From an uncultured Nitrospiraceae bacterium (GTDB taxonomy: Bacteria > Nitrospirota > Nitrospiria > Nitrospirales > Nitrospiraceae), in the NCBI GenBank assembly GCA_963730935.1, contig CAVSTP010000002.1:512001-576000 (forward strand): 64,000 nt of DNA, read 5' to 3'. Positions 47,508-57,814 of the stretch are shown piece after piece. The position numbers and the translations under genes were made by a program. Under the pieces are notes generated by a model, which saw only the letters and a list, made by a program, of their open reading frames with translations, was not told the DNA's origin and did not search any database. Positions within the stretch are counted from its first letter, which is position 1, and each line of letters opens with the position of its first letter.

Positions 47508-49130
47508 ATGTTAGAACAGCTGGACTCGACGTTTCCGATCCTCACGTGCCTGCTCTTTTTTCCGCTCGTCGGCGCCGCCGTGCTGTGGCTCTTCGACGAC
47601 GAGGACATGGTCCGCACTTCGGCGTTGACCATCGCGCTGGTCGAGTTGGCGTTGGCGATTTTCGTTCTGATGCGATTTGTCCCCGGCTCCCCCGCCATGC
47701 AGTTCGTCGAGCACGTCCCATGGATCCCGGCATTGGGCATCAGTTACCACCTGGCAGTGGACGGCATCAGCGTGCTGTTCGTCGGGCTCACCGCTTTTCT
47801 GACCGTTTTGGTGGTCATTTACTCCTGGGACACCATTCGCTATTCGATCAAGCTATACATGATGGCCCTGTTGGCGCTGGAAACCACGACCATGGGGGTC
47901 TTCATCTCGCTAGATTTGATTCTCTTTTTCGTGTTCTGGGAACTCATGCTGATTCCCAGCTACTTTTTGATCAAGCTCTGGGGCGGTGGTGCGGAACGGC
48001 ATTATGCCGCATTGAAATATGTGCTCTATACGCTGCTCGGCAGCGTGTTCTTGCTGGTGGGCATCGCGCTTCTGGACATCAATTACCATGACTATGCCTC
48101 ACTCCATCACATGGACCAGCCGTATTCCTTCGATCTGCTGGAACTCCTGGCTGTCCCGGTTCCGCTGCATCAGCAGATGCTGATTTTCTGGCTCATGTTC
48201 ATGGGGTTCGCGTTCAAGGCGCCGGTATTCCCCTTTCATACCTGGCTACCGGACGCCCTCCTCGAAGGCCCCATCGGGATGGCCGTCGTGCTTGCCGGCA
48301 TTAAACTCGGGACCTTCGGCTTCATGCGCTTCAGCATTCCGCTGCTGCCCGAAGCCTCGAAGAGTGCGACCGTGGTTTCCGTCATGATGGGCCTCGGGCT
48401 GGCGGCGATCGTGTACGGCGCGATCATGGCGCTGATTCAGCCGGACTTCCGGCGTCTCCTGGCCTACAGCAGCATCAGCCACCTGGGTTTCATCGTAATC
48501 GGCCTGTTCGCGCTGAACTACCAGGGCCTTCAGGGCAGCCTTCTCACGATGATCAATCTCGGCTTCAGCACCGCCGGACTGTTCTTCATCGCGGGCTTCC
48601 TCCAGAGCAGACAGCAGACCACGGAGCTGACGGCATTCGGTGGAATGGCCAAACACACGCCGTTGCTCGCGGCGTTCTTCCTGTTGATCGGATTGGCCTC
48701 CATCGGTCTCCCGGGCACGAACGGGTTCGTCGGCGAGTTTTTGGTCCTCTTGGGCGCGTTCAACGCGCATTGGGTCTATGGAGCCATTGCCGTCACGGGC
48801 GTCATCTTCGGTGCGGCGTATTTTCTCTGGTACTACGAACGCGCCATCCTGGGACCGGTGGGCAAAGCCGTCCGGGAATCGATCGGGGACCTGCATCCCC
48901 GCGAAACCGTCATCGCGCTCTCCTTATCGATCATGATCCTCTGGATCGGGCTGTATCCCGCTCCGTTCCTACGCATGATGAACGGATCGGTGCAGGCTCT
49001 GGTCGACCGGATCGATCATGGAAGGGTCGCCGTTCTCAAAGAGCGGGGACGAGAGATGAGTGCAAAACGGCCGGCGGACCATGAGCCTCTTGCCGCTCGG
49101 TCCGGATCACTCGCCGGGGATTCTCTATGA
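47508..49130 (+). CDS. nuoM: Complex I subunit M, copy 1
   Basis: FWE.MLIP, FKAPVFPFHTWLPDA, AYSSISH, GLPGTNGFVGEF. Confidence 0.95.
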   Translation: MLEQLDSTFPILTCLLFFPLVGAAVLWLFDDEDMVRTSALTIALVELALAIFVLMRFVPGSPAMQFVEHVPWIPALGISYHLAVDGISVLFVGLTAFLTVLVVIYSWDTIRYSIKLYMMALLALETTTMGVFISLDLILFFVFWELMLIPSYFLIKLWGGGAERHYAALKYVLYTLLGSVFLLVGIALLDINYHDYASLHHMDQPYSFDLLELLAVPVPLHQQMLIFWLMFMGFAFKAPVFPFHTWLPDALLEGPIGMAVVLAGIKLGTFGFMRFSIPLLPEASKSATVVSVMMGLGLAAIVYGAIMALIQPDFRRLLAYSSISHLGFIVIGLFALNYQGLQGSLLTMINLGFSTAGLFFIAGFLQSRQQTTELTAFGGMAKHTPLLAAFFLLIGLASIGLPGTNGFVGEFLVLLGAFNAHWVYGAIAVTGVIFGAAYFLWYYERAILGPVGKAVRESIGDLHPRETVIALSLSIMILWIGLYPAPFLRMMNGSVQALVDRIDHGRVAVLKERGREMSAKRPADHEPLAARSGSLAGDSL

Positions 49131-50797
49131 GCGATTACATCCTGCTCTATATCCTTTTTGCACCATTTGCCGGTGCGATCGCACTCATTTTCGCTTCGAA
49201 CCGTCAGCCCTTGCTCGTCAGAGGCATCGCCGCGGTCTCAGCCGGCATTTCGCTGGTCGCCTCGCTATACCTGTTTTACGCCTACGATCCGGTCAAGGGC
49301 GGATTCCAGTTCATTCAAAAGTTTGAGTGGTCGAGGCAGCTCGGCATAGCCCTGCATTTGGGGGTGGATGGCATCGGGACTCCGCTGGTGCTGGCATCAT
49401 CGATCCTCTTGTTCGCCGGCATCTTCGTGTCCTGGCACATCAAGGACCGGACCAAGGAGTTTTATATATGGCTGCTGATCCTGGCCGCCGCCACCATCGG
49501 CGTCTTCATGTCGCTCGATCTGTTCTTCCTGTACTTCTTCTATGAAATGTCCGTCATCCCCATGTATCTGCTGCTGGGCATGTGGGGGAGCCATACGAAG
49601 AAGTATCTCGAGATGACCGACCAGGAAGGCCTGAAGCAGCGAGACTCCGTTGGCTTTATCTTTAATTTTGCCGCCAACAGCAAGGAATACGCGGCGATGA
49701 AGCTCGTGCTGTTCCTGTCGGCATGGGCGGTCGTGGCCCTCATGGGTATCTTATTGATCTACCGCTATTCGGGACTCAACACATTCGATATCTTGCAGTT
49801 GCGCGAACATGCTAAGTTGATGAACATTCCGGTGCTCGGGACGACGCTGGACCGGATCATTTGGGTGCTCATCTTCTTCGGCTTCGCCTCGATTGCCCCG
49901 CTCTGGCCGTTGCATTCGTGGTCGCCCGTCGGCCATGCGGCGGCGCCCGCCGCCACCAGCATGCTGCATGCCGGCGTGCTGATGAAGCTCGGACACTTTT
50001 CGATCATCCGGGTCGCCTTCGAAATTCTGCCGGATACGACCCGCGAACTGATGCCGATCGCGGCCGTGCTCTGCATCTTCAGCATCATCTACGGCGGATT
50101 CGTCGCGTTCTATGCCAAGGATACGAAGTACGTGATCGGCTACTCCAGCTCGAGCCACATGGGCTATGTCTTTCTCGGCATGGCGGCGCTGAATTACATT
50201 GGGCTGAGCGGAGCGGTGATTTATATGTTTGCGCACGCGATGGCCACGGGAATGCTCTTCGCCATGGCGGGATGGGTCTATGATCAGACGCACACACGAG
50301 ACATTCCGTCGCTGGGCGGACTCGCGAACCGCATGCCGTTCATTGCGGGGTGCTTCGTCATCGCCTGCATGGCGTCGGTGGGCATGCCCGGCACGGTGAA
50401 CTTCATCGCCGAGGTCATGATCATAGTCGGCGCCTGGAACAAGTATCCGTTTCAAGTCATCGTAGCGGTGATCGGCATCGTCATCACCCTAGCCTACTTG
50501 TTCCGCATGATGCGGGGACTGTTCTATGGTCCGATGGACCAAAAGTACAGTCACTCGCACGACGCGGTCGCGGTGGTCGACCGGCTTCCGCTGCTGATCA
50601 TGATCCTTGTCAGCATCGGCTTCGGCCTCTCTCCGATGCACATGTACAATGTCGTCCGCTCCGGCGTAGATCCGCTCGTCGCCAAGATCACGTTGGTGCA
50701 CCCGGTGTCGGCGGGTGATCCGGCGTCGCCGGATCTGGTCTCCTCGGCCGCGGATGCGTCCCGCGTCACGTCCCGCGCGGCACGGAGGCCTGAATGA
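49127..50797 (+). CDS. nuoM: Complex I subunit M, copy 2 (divergent)
   Basis: LGVDGI, FYEMSVIPM, PLWPLHSWSP.GH, MKLG, YSSSSHMG, GMPG..NFIAE. Confidence 0.92.
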   Translation: MSDYILLYILFAPFAGAIALIFASNRQPLLVRGIAAVSAGISLVASLYLFYAYDPVKGGFQFIQKFEWSRQLGIALHLGVDGIGTPLVLASSILLFAGIFVSWHIKDRTKEFYIWLLILAAATIGVFMSLDLFFLYFFYEMSVIPMYLLLGMWGSHTKKYLEMTDQEGLKQRDSVGFIFNFAANSKEYAAMKLVLFLSAWAVVALMGILLIYRYSGLNTFDILQLREHAKLMNIPVLGTTLDRIIWVLIFFGFASIAPLWPLHSWSPVGHAAAPAATSMLHAGVLMKLGHFSIIRVAFEILPDTTRELMPIAAVLCIFSIIYGGFVAFYAKDTKYVIGYSSSSHMGYVFLGMAALNYIGLSGAVIYMFAHAMATGMLFAMAGWVYDQTHTRDIPSLGGLANRMPFIAGCFVIACMASVGMPGTVNFIAEVMIIVGAWNKYPFQVIVAVIGIVITLAYLFRMMRGLFYGPMDQKYSHSHDAVAVVDRLPLLIMILVSIGFGLSPMHMYNVVRSGVDPLVAKITLVHPVSAGDPASPDLVSSAADASRVTSRAARRPE

Positions 50798-52293
50798 CCT
50801 TCTCGCTGACGCTGTCCTCCTCAGACCTTCTGCTGTTGCTGCCCGAGATCTTCCTGACCTTCTGGCTCTGCATCATCTTGATCATCGACTTTTCGTTTCC
50901 GCGCCTGCCGAAGGAAAACCTGGCGTACCTCAGCGTCGCCGGCCTCCTTGGCACTCTAGGATGCCTCGGCTGGTTTGATTTCGCCGGCATTTCAGGGGCG
51001 CTGTTCTCGAACATGTTCGTCGTCGACCGGATGGCGCTGTTCTTCAAAATTTTTATCGTGGCGGCCACGATTTTGGTCATCCTGGCGTCGATCGAGTTCA
51101 TTCATCGGTTTACGTTTTTCCGCGGTGAATACTATTTCCTCGTCGTGATGTCGGCGCTTGGCATGATGTTCATGGCTTCGGCCAATGATCTGCTCTCCGT
51201 CTTCATTACCCTCGAATTCTCGACTTTCGGCTTCTATGTGCTGGTTTCGTATCTGCGCGAAGACGTCGCGAGCAACGAGGCTGGGCTGAAATTCTTCATT
51301 CTGGGGGTGTTCGCCGCAGGCCTCCTGGCCTACGGCATCAGTCTCGTCTATGGGGAGACGGGCCAACTGGTCTTCTCGGACATGAAATCCCTCCAGCCGA
51401 CCCCCGGCCTGATCATCGGATTTCTACTCATCTTCGGGGCGCTGGGATTCAAGATCGGCGCTGTGCCGTTCCACTCCTGGATTCCCGACACCTATCATGG
51501 CTCGCCGACGCCTGTGACAGCGTTTCTCTCGATTGCGCCTAAGGGCGCGGCCTTCGCCATCCTCTTGCGGATGTTCTTCGTGGCTCTCGGTACGTTCAAG
51601 CCGACTTGGGTGTTCCTCATGATCGGAGCCTCGATCTTGTCGATGACCTACGGCAACATCGTGGCGATCGCGCAAAGGAACATGAAGCGGTTGCTTGCCT
51701 ACTCCGGCATCGCGCAAATCGGCAACATCCTCATCGGGCTGGCGGCGGGGACCAAAATGGGCAACGACGCCATCTTGTTCTACCTGCTGACGTATCTGTT
51801 CGCGAACCTCGGGGCGTTCGCGGTCATCATCGCGGTCGGTCAGGCGATTGGCAGCGAAGAAATCGATGATTACAGTGGCCTCGGCCGACGGTCCCCGTTT
51901 CTCGCGTTTTCCATGTTGATCTTTCTGCTGTCCCTGACAGGAGTTCCCCCGCTGGCTGGGTTCATCGGGAAACTCTACATCTTCGTGGCGGCGATCAAAG
52001 AAGGCTTGTACACGCTTATCACCGTCGGCCTCATCAATATCGTTATCTCGATGTACTATTACTTGATCGTTGTGAAGAAGATGTACATCATCGAGCCGCA
52101 TGATCCGTCGCCCATCCGCGTCTCCGGTCCCATGAAGGCCGTGATTTATGTGGGTCTGGCCGGCACCTTGTTTATCGGCATCTATCCACAACCCGCCGCC
52201 GATTGGGTCGTCGCCGCCACCATGATGTTTGCCAACCTTGGCGGCTCAACCGCCCTGTCCGGAACGGCCGCCGCGATCGCGGCCGGCCACTGA
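50794..52293 (+). CDS. nuoN: Complex I subunit N
   Basis: EAGLKFF, FKIGAVPFHSWIPDTY.GSP, KRLLAYS, GVPPLAGFIGK. Confidence 0.96.
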   Translation: MTFSLTLSSSDLLLLLPEIFLTFWLCIILIIDFSFPRLPKENLAYLSVAGLLGTLGCLGWFDFAGISGALFSNMFVVDRMALFFKIFIVAATILVILASIEFIHRFTFFRGEYYFLVVMSALGMMFMASANDLLSVFITLEFSTFGFYVLVSYLREDVASNEAGLKFFILGVFAAGLLAYGISLVYGETGQLVFSDMKSLQPTPGLIIGFLLIFGALGFKIGAVPFHSWIPDTYHGSPTPVTAFLSIAPKGAAFAILLRMFFVALGTFKPTWVFLMIGASILSMTYGNIVAIAQRNMKRLLAYSGIAQIGNILIGLAAGTKMGNDAILFYLLTYLFANLGAFAVIIAVGQAIGSEEIDDYSGLGRRSPFLAFSMLIFLLSLTGVPPLAGFIGKLYIFVAAIKEGLYTLITVGLINIVISMYYYLIVVKKMYIIEPHDPSPIRVSGPMKAVIYVGLAGTLFIGIYPQPAADWVVAATMMFANLGGSTALSGTAAAIAAGH

Positions 52294-52397
52294 TCGCTCA
52301 CCGACAGGTTCATCTGAAATATTGCTTGCAGGCACAAATGGGCCAGAGTAGAGTTTGTTAGGTTTTCATACTATTTCGGCGTAACGCCAAGACTGTC

Positions 52398-53903
52398 ATG
52401 GAATCCGCAACACAGGACCGTCCGACAACGGGGCCGCCGGCGACGCCTCCAGGTCACGAACCCATATCGCCTCCACGAGCCTCGGCCTGGCTGCGCGTCG
52501 CGTCGGGAAGCGCGAATCGGTTCGCGTTCTGGATCAGCCAGTGGTCGATCGAACAGCGGGTCCTGGCCGGCTTCGGGCTGGTCTTTCTGGGCATCGTCGT
52601 GATCAGTGTCATGTCCTATCGGAACACGGCTGTTGTCGTGAAGAACAGCCGACTCGACACCTCGAGCCATGAACTCGTCCAGCTGCTCGGGTCCATCGAA
52701 GAGGCACTGATTGCGGCGGAAAGCGGCCATCGCCGCTACCTCGTCACGGGCGACGAATCCTATCTGAAAGCCTATCGTGGCCTCGTAGAACAAATGCCGG
52801 AGTTTTCCCGCTACCTCCAGGCGTTGTCCGGTCTTTCCGGACAACAGGAGCGCATCACGCAACTGGAGCAGCTCATCAGGCAGCAGATGGACATTGAGAC
52901 CGAAGCCATCAGCCAGCGGGCGACGCACGGCGCCGAAGCCGTGCGGCACCTGGCGCTTCCTGGCGTCGCGAAGCGCGAGCTTGACGACATCCATCGCCTG
53001 ATTGCGGATCTTGAGAGCTCCGAGCAGCAATCCACCCGAACGAGAGTGTTGCAGTCCGCCGGGATGACCCGCAGTACGATTGCGCTGCTCGCGCTGGGCG
53101 CGCTGCTGCAGTTCGTCCTGCTGGGCTCGGTGTACTTTCTGATCCATCACGACATCACCAATCGTCGTCGGGTCGCGGCCGAATTGCGGCGCCAGGGTGA
53201 ACTCCTGCAGGCGGCCAACAAGGAATTGGAGGCGTTCAGTTATTCGGTCTCACACGACCTGCGGGCGCCGCTACGCCATATCGACGGCTACGCGGCCCTC
53301 CTCTCGAAGACCGCCGGCGAGGCCCTAAATGACAAGGCCCGGCGCTACCTCGAGACCATTTCCGACTCGGCGAAGCAGATGGGGCAATTGATCGACGATC
53401 TCCTTGTGTTCTCGCGCATGGGACGCCAGGAGATGCTTCACAGCACGGTCAGTCTCAATCAGCTCATCAAAACCGTGATTCATGATTTGCGTCTTGACTT
53501 GCAAGGCAACACGATCTCCTGGACAATTGGCTCGTTGCCGGAGGTGCCGGGTGATCCGGCCATGTTGCGGCAGGTGTTCATGAATCTGCTCAGCAACGCC
53601 GTGAAGTTCACCGTGACCCGGCCGAAGCCGCGCATCGAGATCGGCGCGTCCCGGGACAGCGCCGGAGAGGTGACGGTGTTTGTCCGCGACAACGGCGTGG
53701 GCTTCGACATGCAGTACGTGAACAAGCTGTTCGGTGTGTTTCAGCGCCTTCATCGGAACGATGAATTCGAAGGGACCGGCATCGGCCTTGCGAACGTACG
53801 TCGGATCATTCACCGTCACGGCGGCCGGACATGGGCCGAGGGAGCCATTGATCAAGGTGCGACGTTTTATGTGTCGCTGCCCTTGAAAAGGATGTCCTCA
53901 TGA
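52398..53903 (+). CDS. CHASE3-domain sensor histidine kinase
   Basis: Two TM helices flanking AESG.R.YLVTGDESYL; FSYSVSHDLRAPL H-box; DNGVGF, GTGIGL. Confidence 0.92.
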   Translation: MESATQDRPTTGPPATPPGHEPISPPRASAWLRVASGSANRFAFWISQWSIEQRVLAGFGLVFLGIVVISVMSYRNTAVVVKNSRLDTSSHELVQLLGSIEEALIAAESGHRRYLVTGDESYLKAYRGLVEQMPEFSRYLQALSGLSGQQERITQLEQLIRQQMDIETEAISQRATHGAEAVRHLALPGVAKRELDDIHRLIADLESSEQQSTRTRVLQSAGMTRSTIALLALGALLQFVLLGSVYFLIHHDITNRRRVAAELRRQGELLQAANKELEAFSYSVSHDLRAPLRHIDGYAALLSKTAGEALNDKARRYLETISDSAKQMGQLIDDLLVFSRMGRQEMLHSTVSLNQLIKTVIHDLRLDLQGNTISWTIGSLPEVPGDPAMLRQVFMNLLSNAVKFTVTRPKPRIEIGASRDSAGEVTVFVRDNGVGFDMQYVNKLFGVFQRLHRNDEFEGTGIGLANVRRIIHRHGGRTWAEGAIDQGATFYVSLPLKRMSS

Positions 53904-54343
53904 CGACCGTGAAACCTATCCTCTTGGCGGAAGACAATCCGCGCGATGCGGAACTGGCGCTGGCCGCGATGGAAGAGCATCACATTGCGGACAAAGTGGT
54001 CGTCTGTCATGATGGAGCAGAAGTGTTGGATTACCTCTACTGTCGCGGAGCCTACAAGAGCCGTGAATGCGGCAACCCCGTCGTGGTGTTCCTGGATCTC
54101 AAGATGCCGAAAGTCGACGGCATCGAGGTCTTGCGAACGATCAAAAATGATGCGAATCTCAAACCGATTCCCGTCGTCATGCTGACGTCGTCACGTGAAG
54201 AACGCGACCTAGCCCAGAGCTACGCGCTCGGCGCCAATGCCTACGTCGTCAAGCCTGTGGAGTTTCAGCAGTTCATCTCGGCGGTGAAAGAACTCGGCGT
54301 ATTCTGGGGAGTGCTCAACGAGCCGCCGCCTGAGGGGAGTTAA
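53900..54343 (+). CDS. Single-domain response regulator (Rcp1-like)
   Basis: LAEDN, LDLKMPKVDG, LTSS.E..D, GANAYVVKP. Confidence 0.92.
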   Translation: MTTVKPILLAEDNPRDAELALAAMEEHHIADKVVVCHDGAEVLDYLYCRGAYKSRECGNPVVVFLDLKMPKVDGIEVLRTIKNDANLKPIPVVMLTSSREERDLAQSYALGANAYVVKPVEFQQFISAVKELGVFWGVLNEPPPEGS

Positions 54344-54396
54344 GTCCGCTGCACGCGCCAACTCCTGACGCCAAGGAAGCCTGCCCGAGAGGATCT

Positions 54397-56007
54397 GTGA
54401 AAACCCCGCTCCGTCTGCTCCTTCTGGAAGATGACCCTGTCGACGCCGATCTCGTTTCCGCCACTCTGTCGGAGGCAGGACTCGAGTTCACCGCCCGGCG
54501 AGTCGATACGCGCAACGATTTTCTCGCCGCGATTGAAACGGGCGCCTTCGATCTCATTCTCGCGGATTATTCCATCCCAGGCTTCGACGGCATGACGGCA
54601 CTCTTGCTGGCCCGCCAGCAAGCGCCGGACATCCCGTTTCTCTTTGTCTCCGCCACGATCGGCGAGGAATTGGCCATCGATGCGATGCACCACGGGGCGA
54701 CAGACTACGTCTTGAAGCAGCGATTGGGCCGACTCGTCCCCTCAGTGCAGCGCGCGCTTCGCGAACGGGATGAACGTCGCGAGCGCAAGAGGGCCGAGGA
54801 GGCGTTGGTCCAGAGCGAACGGCAGTTCCGGCAGGCGCAGAAGATGGAGGCGGTCGGTCGGCTCGCCGGAGGCATCGCCCATGACTTCAACAACCTCCTG
54901 ACGGTGATCATGGGATACAGCCACGTTCTCGCGACGGAACTGGGCCGCGAGCATCCCCTGTACACCAAGATCGAGGAGACCCAGAAGGCCGGCGAGCGCG
55001 CTGCCATGCTGGTCCACCAACTACTGGCGTTCAGCCGCAAGCAGCCGCTCGAACCGAAGCACTTGAGCCTCAACAATGTCGTCGCCAACCTGGAAGGGAT
55101 GCTGCAGCGATTGATCGGCGCAGACATTCGTCTTGTCATCACGCTCGATCCTGGGAATAGCCAAGTCCGGGCCGACCAGGCACAGCTGGAACAAGTGCTC
55201 ATGAACCTGGTACTGAACGCCCGCGATGCCATGCCCAACGGCGGAACGTTGACGATCGAGACCGCTCAGGTCCAGTTGGCGAAGAGCCCGCTGTATCACG
55301 TCGATCCGCTGCCGCCGGGACCGTATGTCAAACTGTCGGTTGCCGATACCGGAAGCGGGATGGATCGCGAGACTCAGGCCCACATATTTGAACCGTTCTT
55401 CACGACCAAAGAGGAAGGGAAGGGGAGCGGTCTCGGCCTTTCAACCGTCTACGGCATCGTCACCCAATCCGGCGGCGCCATCGACGTGACGAGTCGCGTG
55501 AGCCATGGCACGAGATTCGACATCTTCTTTCCCAGGGTCTCCGCCGACGCGCATCCGGCGTCGTCCCCCAAGGTCTCAGCTCAGCCGGTTGGAGGGAGCG
55601 AGACCATTCTGTTGGTCGAGGACGACGCCAGCGTGCGCATTTTGCTCCGGGACGCTCTGCGAAAGCTTGGATACCGGGTGGTCGAGGCGAAGCAGGGTTT
55701 GGAGGCGTGCCTGCTTGCGTCGCAGGAGCTGGATCGGCTGGACCTGTTGTTGACCGATATGGTGATGCCGGGAATGGGTGGTCGAGAGCTGGCGCAGCAT
55801 CTGATGACGATCAAGCCAGAATTGCGGATCCTTTTTATGTCCGGCTTCACGGACGATGTCGGCATTCTGGCCGGTGATGAGCGAGGCACCAGCGGATTTC
55901 TTCAGAAGCCATTCACGCCGGAGCTTTTGGCCCGCACGGTGAGAAAGATTCTTGATGCTCCTTCGACTGCGCTTCCGCAAACAGCCGCGAAACGGGCCTC
56001 GCATTAA
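54397..56007 (+). CDS. Hybrid REC-HisKA-HATPase-REC kinase
   Basis: N-terminal REC, AGGIAHDFNNLL, FEPFFTTK..GKGSGLGL, C-terminal REC. Confidence 0.92.
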   Translation: MKTPLRLLLLEDDPVDADLVSATLSEAGLEFTARRVDTRNDFLAAIETGAFDLILADYSIPGFDGMTALLLARQQAPDIPFLFVSATIGEELAIDAMHHGATDYVLKQRLGRLVPSVQRALRERDERRERKRAEEALVQSERQFRQAQKMEAVGRLAGGIAHDFNNLLTVIMGYSHVLATELGREHPLYTKIEETQKAGERAAMLVHQLLAFSRKQPLEPKHLSLNNVVANLEGMLQRLIGADIRLVITLDPGNSQVRADQAQLEQVLMNLVLNARDAMPNGGTLTIETAQVQLAKSPLYHVDPLPPGPYVKLSVADTGSGMDRETQAHIFEPFFTTKEEGKGSGLGLSTVYGIVTQSGGAIDVTSRVSHGTRFDIFFPRVSADAHPASSPKVSAQPVGGSETILLVEDDASVRILLRDALRKLGYRVVEAKQGLEACLLASQELDRLDLLLTDMVMPGMGGRELAQHLMTIKPELRILFMSGFTDDVGILAGDERGTSGFLQKPFTPELLARTVRKILDAPSTALPQTAAKRASH

Positions 56008-56083
56008 ACATGCGCACTGATTTCCAATTCAGCGGCCTGGTTTGACGCTGGCCCCACGGCTCCCTATACTTTTATTGAACACG

Positions 56084-56953
56084 ATGAAACGACGTCGCTC
56101 TCGGCTCTGGGCGAGTGCCCTCGCGATCTTTACCGGACTTATTCCTTTCCTCTCGCCCTCCTATCCCGCATCGGCGCAAGCCATTGATTGGGATCATCCC
56201 GCCGAAGGGCTGGCCATCGGGGTCTGGAACCCGTCTTCTGTCTGCAGCGATGTGCCTCCGCTGGTTGTCTCAGAGATCGATCCGCTCCGATACCGGATCT
56301 CCGTGCACTATTTCCGCAATGAGCCGTTTGAAGAACCGCCCGATATTCACGAATGGCAGAGACGAACCGGCCATGACATGGTCTTCAATGCCGGGCTCTT
56401 TCGCGAAAACTTTTCGTATTTGGGACTGCTGTACGCACAGGGAAAGCCGCTGGGAGGCAAACGCCATGCGTCTTGGATGGGACTGTTTGTTGCCGAACCA
56501 ACCGAGGCAGGCACAGCAAGGGCCGGGATCCTGGATCTCTCAATCGATCCATTCAATGAGCAGCGGCCTCCCTATGGGGAAGCGGCACAATCGCTGATGC
56601 TCTTGGACCGCACCGGAAAAGTCCGAGTCAACCCGAGCGGCAAGCAATCACAGCAGACCATCGTTGGCGAACTGAAGAACGGGCACATTCTCCTCATGAA
56701 GACGACCGACCCCGTTTCCCTGCATGCGATCGGGCGATGTCTGCATGAGGCCTATCCCCAGATCCGACAGGCGATGGCGATGGATGGAGGGTCGTCGTCT
56801 GATGTATCGATCGGCCCCGCACTGCAAAAAGCAGTGGAAAAAACCGCAGGAACCCATTCTTGGATGGCGTTTCTGAACAGCGGACCGACGGGTCATATCG
56901 GCCTGCCGGCGGTGATCGGCATCAGCCCGCGCGGGGCCACGTCACGTCCGTGA
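56084..56953 (+). CDS. Phosphodiester glycosidase (NAGPA/DUF2233-like) exported protein
   Basis: Signal peptide, FNAGLF, AMAMDGGSSS; upstream TTGACG-17-TATACT. Confidence 0.7.
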   Translation: MKRRRSRLWASALAIFTGLIPFLSPSYPASAQAIDWDHPAEGLAIGVWNPSSVCSDVPPLVVSEIDPLRYRISVHYFRNEPFEEPPDIHEWQRRTGHDMVFNAGLFRENFSYLGLLYAQGKPLGGKRHASWMGLFVAEPTEAGTARAGILDLSIDPFNEQRPPYGEAAQSLMLLDRTGKVRVNPSGKQSQQTIVGELKNGHILLMKTTDPVSLHAIGRCLHEAYPQIRQAMAMDGGSSSDVSIGPALQKAVEKTAGTHSWMAFLNSGPTGHIGLPAVIGISPRGATSRP

Positions 56954-57017
56954 GCAGCCCCTGAAGGAGTGCAGACCCCAGCGCACAAATGGCGTTCTGA
57001 TTGGACCGAAGGTGCCC

Positions 57018-57431
57018 TTAGCGGCTCACCGGAAAGCCGGCCTCGACCCAGGCATTCATACTGCCGCGGACATTGTAAACGTGGGTATAGCCGAGATCCG
57101 CCAACGTTTCAGCCGCAATGTTGCTTCGATGGCCGGACTGGCAATAGACCACGATGTGCTCATCCAAGGGGACGCCGATTTCCCGGTGGCGCGTTTTGAT
57201 TTCGCGGAAGTCGATGTTCAGATCAGTGCCGGGGATGAAGCCCGCTGCATGTTCTTCAGGCGAACGGACATCGATGAGCACAAAACCCTTTTCCGCCATC
57301 GACGGCGCTTTGTTGAGGCCAGCACGCAATTGCTGGACGGACAAGAGATATGAATGGTGAGCGGAGACCACGGTCGTGAGCCCGGCGATCAGCAATAGTC
57401 CGAGCAATGAGATGGTAAGTCGGCGAGTCAT
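57018..57431 (-). CDS. Exported rhodanese-domain protein
   Basis: LIDVRSPEE..G.IPG, YCQSGHRS, GSMNAW; AGGAGG RBS; signal peptide. Confidence 0.9.
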   Translation of the reverse strand: MTRRLTISLLGLLLIAGLTTVVSAHHSYLLSVQQLRAGLNKAPSMAEKGFVLIDVRSPEEHAAGFIPGTDLNIDFREIKTRHREIGVPLDEHIVVYCQSGHRSNIAAETLADLGYTHVYNVRGSMNAWVEAGFPVSR

Positions 57432-57497
57432 GGTAGACCTCCTGAGGACAGTCTTTTCGCGAGATGAAGAGGGTGTTGCGATTATCATAGGAGCCGC

Positions 57498-57806
57498 ATG
57501 AAGAATTGGTCAAGCCTCATGTGCGCCCTCATCCTGCTTCTGTCTGGATGCGCCGAGGGCGCCAAGCTGGTGCAACGCAACGAGGACGGAGGTGTCGTAA
57601 CATATCCCTTCAAGGGGGAGCAAGGTTACATGCTGTCATCGTTTCGGAAGGACGCGCTGAGCCTGATCAAAGACACCTGCGGCGGGAGCTATGTGATCGT
57701 CCGCGAAGGGGAGGCGAAGGGCCGGTCGCGCGTGGTGGGAGGCATCGAAGGGGGACAGGAGGTCGTGCGCGAACGGCGCTGGGGCATCGAGTTTCGCTGC
57801 AAGTAA
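57498..57806 (+). CDS. Small hypothetical lipoprotein
   Basis: AGGAG RBS, LSGC lipobox. Confidence 0.75.
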   Translation: MKNWSSLMCALILLLSGCAEGAKLVQRNEDGGVVTYPFKGEQGYMLSSFRKDALSLIKDTCGGSYVIVREGEAKGRSRVVGGIEGGQEVVRERRWGIEFRCK

Positions 57807-57814
57807 TATCACTG

